Source of the DNA: Eledone cirrhosa | Taxonomy: Eukaryota | Assembly: GCA_964016885.1 (NCBI GenBank) | Contig: OZ024743.1 | Location: 45,074,001-45,138,000 of the forward strand | DNA: 64,000 nt | Direction of reading: 5' to 3' | Shown here: positions 52,588 to 64,000 of the stretch, piece by piece | Layout of the letters: every line of letters begins with the position of its first letter | Numbering within the stretch: position 1 is the stretch's first letter | Notes under the pieces: generated by a model | Told to the model about the DNA's origin: nothing | The model's database searches: none | Seen by the model: only the letters and a program-made list of their open reading frames with translations | Made by a program: the position numbers and the translations under genes

Positions 52588-54484
52588 TAAACGTTTGGAG
52601 TTAGAAGGCCAAAACAATGCAGGTATGGATATAGAATATAAATACAAATGCAAATGATATTGTTGACAATTAGACTTTTACCCTAAATTTATTTGTATAT
52701 CCTTGATTTTCGAGATAATATCTCTTCTTCGGAGGGAAGTAAAGTGGTTAATCCAGTGATCTAATTAGCTTGCCAAGTCATGCTGACAGGAAATGGTATA
52801 GAAATTCCATTCTATTTCTAATGTCAAAGAGTGAAGGTTAGGTGGATAAAGAGTTGTCTCTCTTTAAAAAGGGGTTTGGAGATGTATGTTTAAGTGTGTG
52901 TGGGAGAATACGTGAAAGTGTAAGCATCCGTGTGTGTGTGCGTGTGTGTGTGTGAGTGGAGAGGATCTATTTATAAGTAAATGTGGGGGCCAGATGCTCT
53001 ATCATGTTAAAACTGGTCTTTGTGTGTGTATGTGTGTGTGAGAGAGAATAAGTGTAGATGTAAGCGTGTGTGTGTGTGTGTGTGAGAGAGAGAGGGTACG
53101 TGGAGGTGTAAGTGTGGGGCTAGGTGTTCTAGTCTGTTATTGATTGGTGATTGCATTTTGTCTATAATCAGTGCTTCTTTAATTCTAAGATTGCCGAGGT
53201 TTCTTTCCTTAGCTTCTATCCTAACTATTATGTTTTTGCATTATCGGTGTTTTTGCATTTCACTAGGTGTTTGTTAAATGAGGAATCGTTAGTATTGAGT
53301 GTTCTTTTATTCTTACGTGAAGTGGTCTGGTCGTGCTACCTATGTAGAAATTGCTGCATTTGTCGCACTCTAATCTGTATACGACGTAAGCCTGGTGACA
53401 TAGGTCTGTCTCGTTAATGGGGCAGTTGGCTAGCCTGCAGCGGCTGTCATGTCTGGTGGAGTATCCTTTGGTTAGCTGTCCGCGTAGAGAAGGTTCTGAG
53501 TGAGCTAGTTGGATATCTAGTCCCTCTCGTCTGATAGCTCTGCGGATGGCTGTTGTTCTTTCGTCACTGAAGTGTGAGAGCTTCAGGAAGCAGGTGTTAG
53601 TGCCTCGAGTGTGGTGTCCTCTGTTGTTTCTGGCATGGTTCGCGGTGGACGTCGGGTATTCGTTCAGTTTAAGTACCTCCAGGAAATGTGTGGTGTGTGT
53701 GTCTCGGTCTCTTGCGTCGGTGCATTTGTTCCGGATACGTGTAGTTCGTTCCTTATGTATCCTAACTTAGCGCTGGCTGGGAGGGCCGATCTGAAATGTA
53801 CGAACAGGTCCCTGCTGGGGAAAGAAACCTCGGCAATCTTACAATTAAAGAAGCACTGATTATAGACAAAACGCAACCACCAATCAATAACAGATTAGAA
53901 TTCAACACCCAATTTTTAACATGATAGAGCACCTAGCCCCACACTTACACCTCCACGTACCCTCTCTCACACACACGCACACGTACACACACACGCGCGC
54001 TTACACCTCCACGTATTCTCTCTCACACACAAGCATACACACACAAAGACCAGTTTTAACATGATAGAGCATCTGGCCCCCACATTTACATATAAACATA
54101 TCCTCTCACACTCACACACACACACACACACGCAGACACACACACGCATGCTTACACCTTCACGTATTCTCCCACACACACTTAAACATACATGTCCAAA
54201 CCCCTTTTTAAAGGGAGACAACTCTTTATCCACCTAACCTTCCCTCTTTGACATTAGAAATAGAACGGAATTTCTATACCATTTCCTGTCAGCATGACTT
54301 GCCAAGCTAATTAGAACATTGGATTAGCCCCTTTACTTCCCTCCGAAGAAGAGATATTATCTCGAAAATTAAGGATATTCAAATAAAATTAGGGTAAAGT
54401 CTAAATGTCAACAATATCTTTTGCATTTGTATTTATTTTCTATATCCTACATACATTATTTTGGCCTTCTAACTCCAAACGTTT
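52588..54484 (-). mobile_element. Penelope-like element remnant with about 620-670 bp inverted pseudo-LTR arms
   Basis: 52588-53208 is the reverse complement of 53818-54484; minus strand about 53115-53817 reads HFRSALPASAK..CRLANCPINETDLC..VVYRLECDKCSNFYIGSTTRPLHVRIKEH..LRIKEALII across frameshifts; (TA)n on both sides. Confidence 0.82.
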
Positions 54485-54505
54485 AAATATATATATGTGT
54501 GTGTC

Positions 54506-54585
<80 letters not shown>

Positions 54586-54873
54586 CAAATAACGAAACGA
54601 AATTAAATTTCGTTTCGTTTGTAACTCACTTTTGTATGACTGACGCTTAAACAATTAAGTTAAAAATGTACATCCACATATGTATACTGAAATACTAGTA
54701 TGCATATGAATACACACACGTATACATATGTAGATGTACCGAGTTTTTCACTGGTCACTTTACTGTGAGTGTCCAGCTATTCTGTATGTAAACACACAGA
54801 CAAACCGGTTTTTAGAGTCATACTGGTTTTTGAGGAAACACCTTTCCTCTATTCTCCAGAAAGCCAGACAAGG

Positions 54874-54918
54874 AATATTGAACTAGTTTCGATGTTGTTA
54901 CATCTCATCAGCAATATT
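54874..54918 (-). ncRNA. Type I hammerhead (inverted unit)
   Basis: Reverse complement of the motif at 55426-55470. Confidence 0.85.
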
Positions 54919-55425
54919 TACCTATCTTCCGGCCTCTCTAGAGAATCGTAAAAGCACATATCGTTATATGCTTTTTCTATGAAAATTAGTAGTGGGCAGA
55001 CTAATTTGCATAGAGCGTGAGTACGTACCGGTTCAACGGAGACGATAAAAACAAATATGACTCTAAAAACCGGTTTGTCTGTGTGTTTACATACAGAATA
55101 GCTGGACACTCACAGTAAAGTGACCAGTGAAAAACTCGGTATATCTACATATGTATACGTGTGTGTATTCATATGCATACTAGTATTTCAGTATACATAT
55201 GTGGATGTACATTTTTAACTTAATTGTTTAAGCGTCAGTCATACAAAAGTGAGTTACAAACGAAACGAAATTTAATTTCGTTTCGTTATTTGTTTTTATC
55301 GTCTCCGTTGAACCGGTACGTACTCACGCTCTATGCAAATTAGTCTGCCCACTACTAATTTTCATAGAAAAAGCATATAACGATATGTGCTTTTACGATT
55401 CTCTAGAGAGGCCGGAAGATTTGTA

Positions 55426-55470
55426 AATATTGCTGATGAGATGTAACAACATCGAAACTAGTTCAATATT
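55426..55470 (+). ncRNA. Type I hammerhead, repeat unit 1
   Basis: AAUAUUG-CUGAUGA-GAUGU(AACA)ACAUC-GAAAC(UA)GU-U-CAAUAUU. Confidence 0.88.
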
Positions 55471-55891
55471 CCTTGTCTGGCTTTCTGGAGAATAGAGGAA
55501 AGGTGTTTCCTCAAAAACCAGTATGACTCTAAAAACCGGTTTGTCTGTGTGTTTACATACAGAATAGCTGGACACTCACAGTAAAGTGACCAGTGAAAAA
55601 CTCGGTACATCTACATATGTATACGTGTGTGTATTCATATGCATACTAGTATTTCAGTATACATATGTGGATGTACATTTTTAACTTAATTGTTTAAGCG
55701 TCAGTCATACAAAAGTGAGTTACAAACGAAACGAAATTTAATTTCGTTTCGTTATTTGTTTTTATCGTCTCCGTTGAACCGGTACGTACTCACGCTCTAT
55801 GCAAATTAGTCTGCCCACTACTAATTTTCATAGAAAAAGCATATAACGATATGTGCTTTTACGATTCTCTAGAGAGGCCGGAAGATAGGTA

Positions 55892-55936
55892 AATATTGCT
55901 GATGAGATGTAACAACATCGAAACTAGTTCAATATT
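55892..55936 (+). ncRNA. Type I hammerhead, repeat unit 2
   Basis: Identical motif. Confidence 0.88.
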
Positions 55937-56358
55937 CCTTGTCTGGCTTTCTGGAGAATAGAGGAAAGGTGTTTCCTCAAAAACCAGTATGACTCTAAAA
56001 ACCGGTTTGTCTGTGTGTTTACATACAGAATAGCTGGACACTCACAGTAAAGTGACCAGTGAAAAACTCGGTACATCTACATATGTATACGTGTGTGTAT
56101 TCATATGCATACTAGTATTTCAGTATACATATGTGGATGTACATTTTTAACTTAATTGTTTAAGCGTCAGTCATACAAAAGTGAGTTACAAACGAAACGA
56201 AATTTAATTTCGTTTCGTTATTTGTTTTTATCGTCTCCGTTGAACCGGTACGTACTCACGCTCTATGCAAATTAGTCTGCCCACTACTAATTTTCATAGA
56301 AAAAGCATATAACGATATGTGCTTTTACGATTCTCTAGAGAGGCCGGAAGATAGGTAA

Positions 56359-56403
56359 AATATTGCTGATGAGATGTAACAACATCGAAACTAGTTCAAT
56401 ATT
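56359..56403 (+). ncRNA. Type I hammerhead, repeat unit 3
   Basis: Identical motif. Confidence 0.88.
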
Positions 56404-56824
56404 CCTTGTCTGGCTTTCTGGAGAATAGAGGAAAGGAGTTTCCTCAAAAACCAGTATGACTCTAAAAACCGGTTTGTCTGTGTGTTTACATACAGAATAG
56501 CTGGACACTCACAGTAAAGTGACCAGTGAAAAACTCGGTACATCTACATATGTATACGTGTGTGTATTCATATGCATACTAGTATTTCAGTATACATATG
56601 TGGATGTACATTTTTAACTTAATTGTTTAAGCGTCAGTCATACAAAAGTGAGTTACAAACGAAACGATATTTAATTTCGTTTCGTTATTTGTTTTTATCG
56701 TCTCCGTTGAACCGGTACGTACTCACGCTCTATGCAAATTAGTCTGCCCACTACTAATTTTCATAGAAAAAGCATATAACGATATGTGCTTTTACGATTC
56801 TCTAGAGAGGCCGGAAGATAGGTA

Positions 56825-56869
56825 AATATTGCTGATGAGATGTAACAACATCGAAACTAGTTCAATATT
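56825..56869 (+). ncRNA. Type I hammerhead, repeat unit 4
   Basis: Identical motif. Confidence 0.88.
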
Positions 56870-57290
56870 CCTTGTCTGGCTTTCTGGAGAATAGAGGAAA
56901 GGTGTTTCCTCAAAAACCAGTATGACTCTAAAAACCGGTTTGTCTGTGTGTTTACATACAGAATAGCTGGACACTCACAGTAAAGTGACCAGTGAAAAAC
57001 TCGGTACATCTACATATGTATACGTGTGTGTATTCATATGCATACTAGTATTTCAGTATACATATGTGGATGTACATTTTTAACTTAATTGTTTAAGCGT
57101 CAGTCATACAAAAGTGAGTTACAAACGAAACGAAATTTAATTTCGTTTCGTTATTTGTTTTTATCGTCTCCGTTGAACCGGTACGTACTCACGCTCTATG
57201 CAAATTAGTCTGCCCACTACTAATTTTCATAGAAAAAGCATATAACGATATGTGCTTTTACGATTCTCTAGAGAGGCCGGAAGATAGGTA

Positions 57291-57335
57291 AATATTGCTG
57301 ATGAGATGTAACAACATCGAAACTAGTTCAATATT
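57291..57335 (+). ncRNA. Type I hammerhead, repeat unit 5
   Basis: Identical motif. Confidence 0.88.
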
Positions 57336-57557
57336 CCTTGTCTGGCTTTCTGGAGAATAGAGGAAAGGTGTTTCCTCAAAAACCAGTATGACTCTAAAAA
57401 CCGGTTTGTCTGTGTGTTTACATACAGAATAGCTGGACACTCACAGTAAAGTGACCAGTGAAAAACTCGGTACATCTACATATGTATACGTGTGTGTATT
57501 CATATGCATACTAGTATTTCAGTATATATATGTGGATGTACATTTTTAACTTAATTG

Positions 57558-57625
<68 letters not shown>

Positions 57626-57663
57626 TATTAAATAAATGGAAACTATATTTATAAAACCATATT

Positions 57664-57729
57664 TATTTCATTATATATATTTCAGGGATAACATATTAAC
57701 AATATGCTATGCCTTCCTCAGACAAAATA
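57664..57729 (-). ncRNA. Type I hammerhead in 3' pLTR
   Basis: UAUUUUGU-CUGAGGA-AGG.AUAGCAUAUU(GUU)AAUAUGUUAU.CCU-GAAAU(AUAU)AU-A-AUGAAAUA. Confidence 0.78.
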
Positions 57730-59105
57730 CAATATAAACAGTTTTATAGATAAATAGATTCGACATACCGTAACAACATCTACTTGCATTTGAGAAGGTT
57801 GATTTGGTTGTGACAAAATTGTATACAGAGAGAAAGAAAGAGAGAGAGAAAGAGAGAAAAAGAGAGAAAAAAGGAAAGAAAGACAGAAAACGAAGAAAAA
57901 GAAAAAGAAGAAATGCATGGAACAAAATAGAGAGATGGAAAGATAGATAAAGAGAAGAACTTCATGTAAAGAAACAGAAAGAGATATATATATAGAGAGA
58001 GAGAGAGGAAATAGAGATAGATACATATATAAAACTGTTGAATAACGTATCAATGATACATTTATTTATTTATTTATTTATTTAGCTCTAGTATTAATGT
58101 AAGGGAGATATATGGAGGGAAAACCAGCTGTTATATAGGGAGAGAAAAAATATAGAGAGAGAAAAAAAGAGAGAGAGAAAATTCAAAAATTCAAAAATAT
58201 CCAGACACAGGCGAGGCGTACAAACCTCTGTTTTAATGTAGAGGTACTAGTATTTACAAAACCAGCCTCTGCATTGCAAATATCAGTATTCCTGAATGAG
58301 ATATGTATCCACAATGTGTGAAAATTAATGATCTTATGTTTAGTTTTTTTTTAAAATTCATATGTTTATGTGATAATTACAAACATCTATGTGAATGTAC
58401 ATGATCAATTCTGCAAACCCTAAGTTCACGGAAAGTATTCTCAATGCGGTATAAAAATTTAAGTATACATATATGTGTATATAGAGTCAATATTACTATT
58501 TCCGTCTCTACTCTACAAGATTATCTATCAAGCAAAGATAGAGCAGATTTCAACATACTAATAAAAATAAAAATATATCGGAAACAAAACTAAACTAAAA
58601 ATAACAATAATAATAATAAGTAATAATAAAATAGAAAACTAAGAAATATTACGAAAGAATATTACATATTAAAAATATTACATATTAAAAAATTTACATA
58701 TTAAAAATATAAAAAAATAAAAATTAGGAAATACTACAGTAATAAAAATAAAATAAACCACAAAGATCAACCCTTCAAAATTAATTGACAATATATTGCC
58801 AAGTTCATTATAAACATCAGAGTCGAAAAACAGATAAAGCCAAAAATTATCTATCAAATCGTATCTAGCAAAGATCATTTCAAAAAGTATAGGATGCCCA
58901 ATTTGGTCTACATGTGTTCTTATATTTAATATAGAAGTTTATCTAGTGTAACGTTTATTCGAAATATTTGGAGCATCAACTTTTAGGATAGCTTAATTTT
59001 CCATGAAGAGTGTTTAAATAAATAAAATAAAAATAAAAAGAGTAAAAAGAGAATCAAAGATTTATCGGCTAGTTTCCCATATAATTATAAATCAAACTAA
59101 ATATA

Positions 59106-61318
59106 CTACATTTTAAATTTAAATTTATACTTAAACGTTGAGTTTAATCTATGTTTGCAACAACTGAATAAATTTGTCCGTAGATTAAGGGAATTTTTAG
59201 ATTTTAGTATAAAGAATATCTCCTCTGCGCAGAGGTCACATGTCTCAGAGGATGAATTAAAAGGAATCCCTCTTGAGACTATATTCCAAGCCGTCGAATA
59301 TCTAACGTTATCTAGCTTAAGTTGCCATAGTATGCCTGATATGCCGTTGAAGATTTTTTACTTGGATCTGTGAAAGAATTCTTGTGGTTATTATAGCGAA
59401 GTTTAAATTCCGTCGATGTGGAACCGACGTAGTTAAAAGAATTAGAGTCAGTATTAACATTACAATTGTATACTATATTTTTAACTAAGCAGTTGTTATT
59501 TAACGGACATTTAGATCTATCTCTACAGTTACATTTGTTAACTTGTATATTATTTATGCTGTTATCACTAGGTTTTAAGTTCCTATTATTTATTCTATTG
59601 ATATTTTGTGCTAAATTTTTGGTGGATGAGTAGGTTAATTTAATTGTATGTCTATTGAAAATTGAGTGATATCTATGTGTTCTAGGGAAGCGATTATCAA
59701 GAGCTTTAAAAAATAGTTTAGCGATGTGGGTTTTAATGTTTAGTGAGAAAGGGGGGGCAAACCAAATTATGTTCCTAGTTCTATTTCTTTTTTGGCCTTT
59801 GGAATTATTGTAATGCTTTCTATTATAGTTGTTAAGGATGTTGCCGTAATTAAAAAAGTTGTTACTTTGTTTAGTTTGTCTATCATTATCTATGTACACA
59901 ATCTTATCAGCATATCCTGCTCTAGCTAATGCTTCATTGTAGTATTGGGCTTTTTCGTCGAAAATCTTTCTATTCGACGAGATCCTAGAGATACGTTTTT
60001 GGACAGAGTTTACTATAGTGTTTTTGACAGATCTGGGGTGGTTAGAGTTAAAGTTTACATAGTTTAAGTTTTCATTCAACTTGTGAAAAGGATAGTGAAG
60101 ACATGTGTTGAGATTTAATGTTATATCTAGGAAATTGACTATTCTATGGTTGTTTTCAATTTCTATTTTAAGATTAAAGTAATTAAAAAATTGTGTAATT
60201 TGTTTACATTTTCTATTTAGTTCAGAGTTATTATTATCAATAAGTAAAAGCATGTCGTCTCTATATAAACCTCCGGTAGTACCGGGTATTTTCGTATGTA
60301 GCGAATTGATTAAAAATAAACCCACAAGGTCAGTTACCTGGGCTGAGTCGGATGATCCCATAGTAATGTCAAAATTGCTATCTCTATCTGCTCTGGTCCA
60401 TAGTTGGTCATTAAATTCTATCAAAGTTTTCCTAGCCGATAATATAATATGCATTTCATTGCTAGTTAGGTCAGTATGTTTGAATGCGTAATTTAGTGCC
60501 TTATTTAGTAGATTAGGGGTAATAGAAGAATAATAGTTAGCTATATCAAGTTGAATAAACTTATTATTATTGTTATATTTAATTTGCTTAAACCACTCAA
60601 CGACTTCTCCAGTTCCCTTCCACAAGCTCAGGTTAGATAAACAATCCAAGTTCTTAATTTGCCGTATCACCCTGTCAAGAATGTTTTTGCTTAATTTGCC
60701 CAGGTCCGATTTTGATGGTGCGATCAATCTAACTGGCAGGTCATTTTCAAAATTCCGCTTGTGATCTTTCATATTGATCTTCGGTTTCCTGGGCACGAAA
60801 GGTTGTGTTCTGTTCTCAATTTCCAACTCTTGCATTATACAAGATGCTTCAACATTCATTTTCTCAAGCTCGGCCTTATCTGCTACCTTGTACTTTTTCC
60901 TCAGCTCTTTCAGTATGAGGCCATTATACATGTCTTTCTGCACTCCATAGAGGTTGTTGGTCTTGTCAGATTTCACCAAGATCTTCTCAGTTTTCTCTAA
61001 GCTCTCAATGTTATCCTTAATGCCTTTCAGATATTCCTGGCCTTTGAAGTTTCTCTTGAATTTGACCCCTTGTATGATAGAAATTATATCGTTTTCAAAG
61101 TCAGATAAAAGTTTGTTAGGGGGTGGATTTCTTTTAGATTTGAAAACTTTGTTTAAGTCCGAGACATTTTCGTTTGTATTAGATTTATCAAAGTGGAATG
61201 CTCGCCACCTGATTCTCCTTATAAAAGAGTCAGATTTATCTATTAATTGTTTTATAAAGTCTTTGTTTCTAGGTAGAGGTATGTCTTTTAAAGAGGAAGT
61301 AATCTTAAAGAATTCCAT
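59106..61318 (-). pseudogene. PLE RT + GIY-YIG ORF with a single frameshift near 59342
   Basis: SLKDIPLP, KSDKT, QLDIANYY, MGSSDSAQVTDLVG, YRDD, CNCRDRSKC, VYNC..YVGST; after the shift SGILWQLK..CDLC..CKH to a stop near 59106. Confidence 0.88.
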
Positions 61319-61495
61319 TTTCCAGTTATAATATAAAGCGCTCAACAATATTGGAGCAAGATATATGGAAAGTTATATTTAAATTGTTGTGTTACAACTA
61401 GTAAATATTTATAACTGATATAAAAGCACTCGACAAATATTTGGAGTATATTTACAATATTAAATAAATGGAAACTATATTTATAAAACCATATT

Positions 61496-61561
61496 TATTT
61501 CATTATATATATTTCAGGGATAACATATTAACAATATGCTATGCCTTCCTCAGACAAAATA
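61496..61561 (-). ncRNA. Type I hammerhead in 5' pLTR
   Basis: Same motif as 57664-57729. Confidence 0.78.
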
Positions 61562-61894
61562 CAATATAAACAGTTTTATAGATAAATAGATTCGACATAC
61601 CGTAACAACATCTACTTGCATTTGAGAAGGTTGATTTGGTTGTGACAAAATTGTACACAGAGAGAAAGAAAGAGAGAGAGAAAGAGAGAAAAAGAGAGAA
61701 AAAAGGAAAGGAAGACAGAAAACGAAGAAAAAGAAAAAGAAGAAATGCATGGAACAAAATAGAGAGATGGAAAGATAGATAAAGAGAAGAACTTCATGTA
61801 AAGAAACAGAAAGAGATATATATATAGAGAGAGAAAGAGGAAATAGAGATAGATACATATATAAAAACTGTTGAATAACGTATCAATGATACAT

Positions 61895-61925
<31 letters not shown>

Positions 61926-63661
61926 GCTCTAGTATTAATGTAAGGGAGATATATGGAGGGAAAACCAGCTGTTATATAGGGAGAGAAAAAATATAGAGAG
62001 AGAAAAAAAGAGAGAGAGAAAATTCAAAAATTCAAAAATATCCAGACACAGGCGAGGCGTACAAACCTCTGTTTTAATGTAGAGGTACTAGTATTTACAA
62101 AACCAGCCTCTGCATTGCAAATATCAGTATTCCTGAATGAGATATGTATCCACAATGTGTGAAAATTAATGATCTTATGTTTAGTTTTTTTTTAAAATTC
62201 ATGTTTATGTGATAATTACAAACATCTATGTGAATGTACATGATCAATTCTGCAAACCCTAAGTTCACGGAAAGTATTCTCAATGCGGTATAAAAATTTA
62301 AGTATACATATATGTGTATATAGAGTCAATATTACTATTTCCGTCTCTACTCTACAAGATTATCTATCAAGCAAAGATAGAGCAGATTTCAACATACTAA
62401 TAAAAATAAAAATATATCGGAAACAAAACTAAACTAAAAATAACAATAATAATAATAAGTAATAATAAAATAGAAAACTAAGAAATATTACGAAAGAATA
62501 TTACATATTAAAAATATTACATATTAAAAAATTTACATATTAAAAATATTAAAAAATAAAAATTAGGAAATACTACAGTAATAAAAATAAAATAAACCAC
62601 AAAGTTCAACCCTTCAGAATTAATTGACAATATATTTTTATTACTGTAGTATTTCCTAATTTTTATTTTTTTATTTTTTAATATTTTTAATATGTAAATT
62701 TTTTAATATGTAATATTTTTAATATGTAATATTCTTTCGTAATATTTCTTAGTTTTCTATTTTATTATTACTTATTATTATTATTGTTATTTTTAGTTTA
62801 GTTTTGTTTCCGATATATTTTTATTTTTATTAGTATGTTGAAATCTGCTCTATCTTTGCTTGATAGATAATCTTGTAGAGTAGAGACGGAAATAGTAATA
62901 TTGACTCTATATACACATATATGTATACTTAAATTTTTATACCGCATTGAGAATACTTTCCGTGAACTTAGGGTTTGCAGAATTGATCATGTACATTCAC
63001 ATAGATGTTTGTAATTATCACATAAACATATGAATTTTAAAAAAAAACTAAACATAAGATCATTAATTTTCACACATTGTGGATACATATCTCATTCAGG
63101 AATACTGATATTTGCAATGCAGAGGCTGGTTTTGTAAATACTAGTACCTCTACATTAAAACAGAGGTTTGTACGCCTCGCCTGTGTCTGGATATTTTTGA
63201 ATTTTTGAATTTTCTCTCTCTCTTTTTTTCTCTCTCTATATTTTTTCTCTCCCTATATAACAGCTGGTTTTCCCTCCATATATCTCCCTTACATTAATAC
63301 TAGAGCTAAATAAATAAATAAATAAATAAATGTATCATTGATACGTTATTCAACAGTTTTATATATGTATCTATCTCTATTTCCTCTCTCTCTCTATATA
63401 TATATATCTCTTTCTGTTTCTTTACATGAAGTTCTTCTCTTTATCTATCTTTCCATCTCTCTATTTTGTTCCATGTATTTCTTCTTTTTCTTTTTCTTCG
63501 TTTTCTGTCTTTCTTTCCTTTTTTCTCTCTTTTTCTCTCTTTCTCTCTCTCTTTCTTTCTCTCTGTGTACAATTTTGTCACAACCAAATCAACCTTCTCC
63601 AATGCAAGTAGATGTTGTTACGGTATGTCGAATCTATTTATCTATAAAACTGTTTATATTG

Positions 63662-63727
63662 TATTTTGTCTGAGGAAGGCATAGCATATTGTTAATATGT
63701 TATCCCTGAAATATATATAATGAAATA
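63662..63727 (+). ncRNA. Type I hammerhead in inverted pLTR
   Basis: Same motif on the opposite strand. Confidence 0.78.
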
Positions 63728-63930
63728 AATATGGTTTTATAAATATAGTTTCCATTTATTTAATATTGTAAATATACTCCAAATATTTGTCGAGTGCTTT
63801 TATATCAGTTATAAATATTTACTAGTTGTAACACAACAATTTAAATATAACTTTCCATATATATATATACATATATATATTAAAATAACAGATTTTAGTC
63901 TTCGTATTTATCATTATTACTATATACAGA

Positions 63931-64000
63931 GGGCGGTGGATTAGCAGTATCGGTGGAGGGTCGGACGCCATGTTTTCCACCATAGTTACGTCCCTTTACG
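63931..64000 (+). mobile_element. 5' start of a second SINE copy (cut by window end)
   Basis: gcggtggatt.gcagtatcggt...tagttacg.cc.tttacg matches 51981-52050. Confidence 0.55.

Larger units (their letters stand above)
54581..57559 (+). repeat. 466-bp tandem repeat (about 5.4 forward units from 55055 plus one inverted unit at 54581-55057), one hammerhead per unit
   Basis: Identical motifs recur at 55426, 55892, 56359, 56825 and 57291; units differ by only a few bases; (TA)n on both sides. Confidence 0.95.
57626..63862 (-). mobile_element. Near-complete Naiad-type Penelope-like element: 3' pLTR 57626-58797, ORF, 5' pLTR 61458-62635, inverted pLTR about 62633-63862
   Basis: About 1.17-kb direct repeats flank the ORF; the third copy is inverted; (TA)n on both sides. 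Confidence 0.92.

Noticed and set aside
54769-57440. Repeated 60-aa ORF MSSYSVCKH...
   Set aside because: GTG start, no recognisable motif, frameshifted in one unit, antisense to the hammerheads; a by-product of the repeat.
54581-57559. CRISPR-like array
   Set aside because: Whole 466-bp units repeat with no unique spacers; eukaryotic context and no cas genes.
59106-61348. Selenoprotein Naiad
   Set aside because: All conserved Cys codons are standard, with no in-frame TGA.
57707-63684. F/L/S-rich ORFs in the pLTRs
   Set aside because: Low-complexity (CT)n/T-rich sequence with non-ATG starts and no domain.

Overview
Eukaryotic, gene-free, repeat-saturated DNA; the (TA)n/(CA)n/(TTA)n load and a tRNA-derived SINE resembling the common octopus SINE suggest an octopod cephalopod (inference). 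No host gene, tRNA, rRNA or CRISPR array is visible. Left half (1-32.1 kb): a stack of non-LTR retrotransposons packed into (TTA)n, with eight R4/Dong-clade copies of two families (RT + CCHC + PD-(D/E)xK) all on the minus strand and two Tx1-clade (APE-RT) copies both on the plus strand, one with an intact 1139-aa ORF2. Right half (32.1-64 kb): (TA)n-embedded Penelope-like elements (mostly Naiad-type RT + GIY-YIG) with direct and inverted pseudo-LTRs, a decayed Ty3/Gypsy element whose LTR is a 336-bp palindrome, and SINE remnants. Reading by eye finds at least 13 type I hammerhead ribozyme motifs in about six sequence families. The main candidate system is a non-coding 466-bp tandem array with one dimer-type hammerhead per unit and an inverted head copy (retrozyme/circRNA-like). 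Other leads are a hammerhead-containing foldback element, a hammerhead with a greatly extended stem II, and a possible 52-53 nt intron that would fuse Tx1 ORF1 to ORF2. All RNA structures were folded manually and need computational and experimental confirmation.
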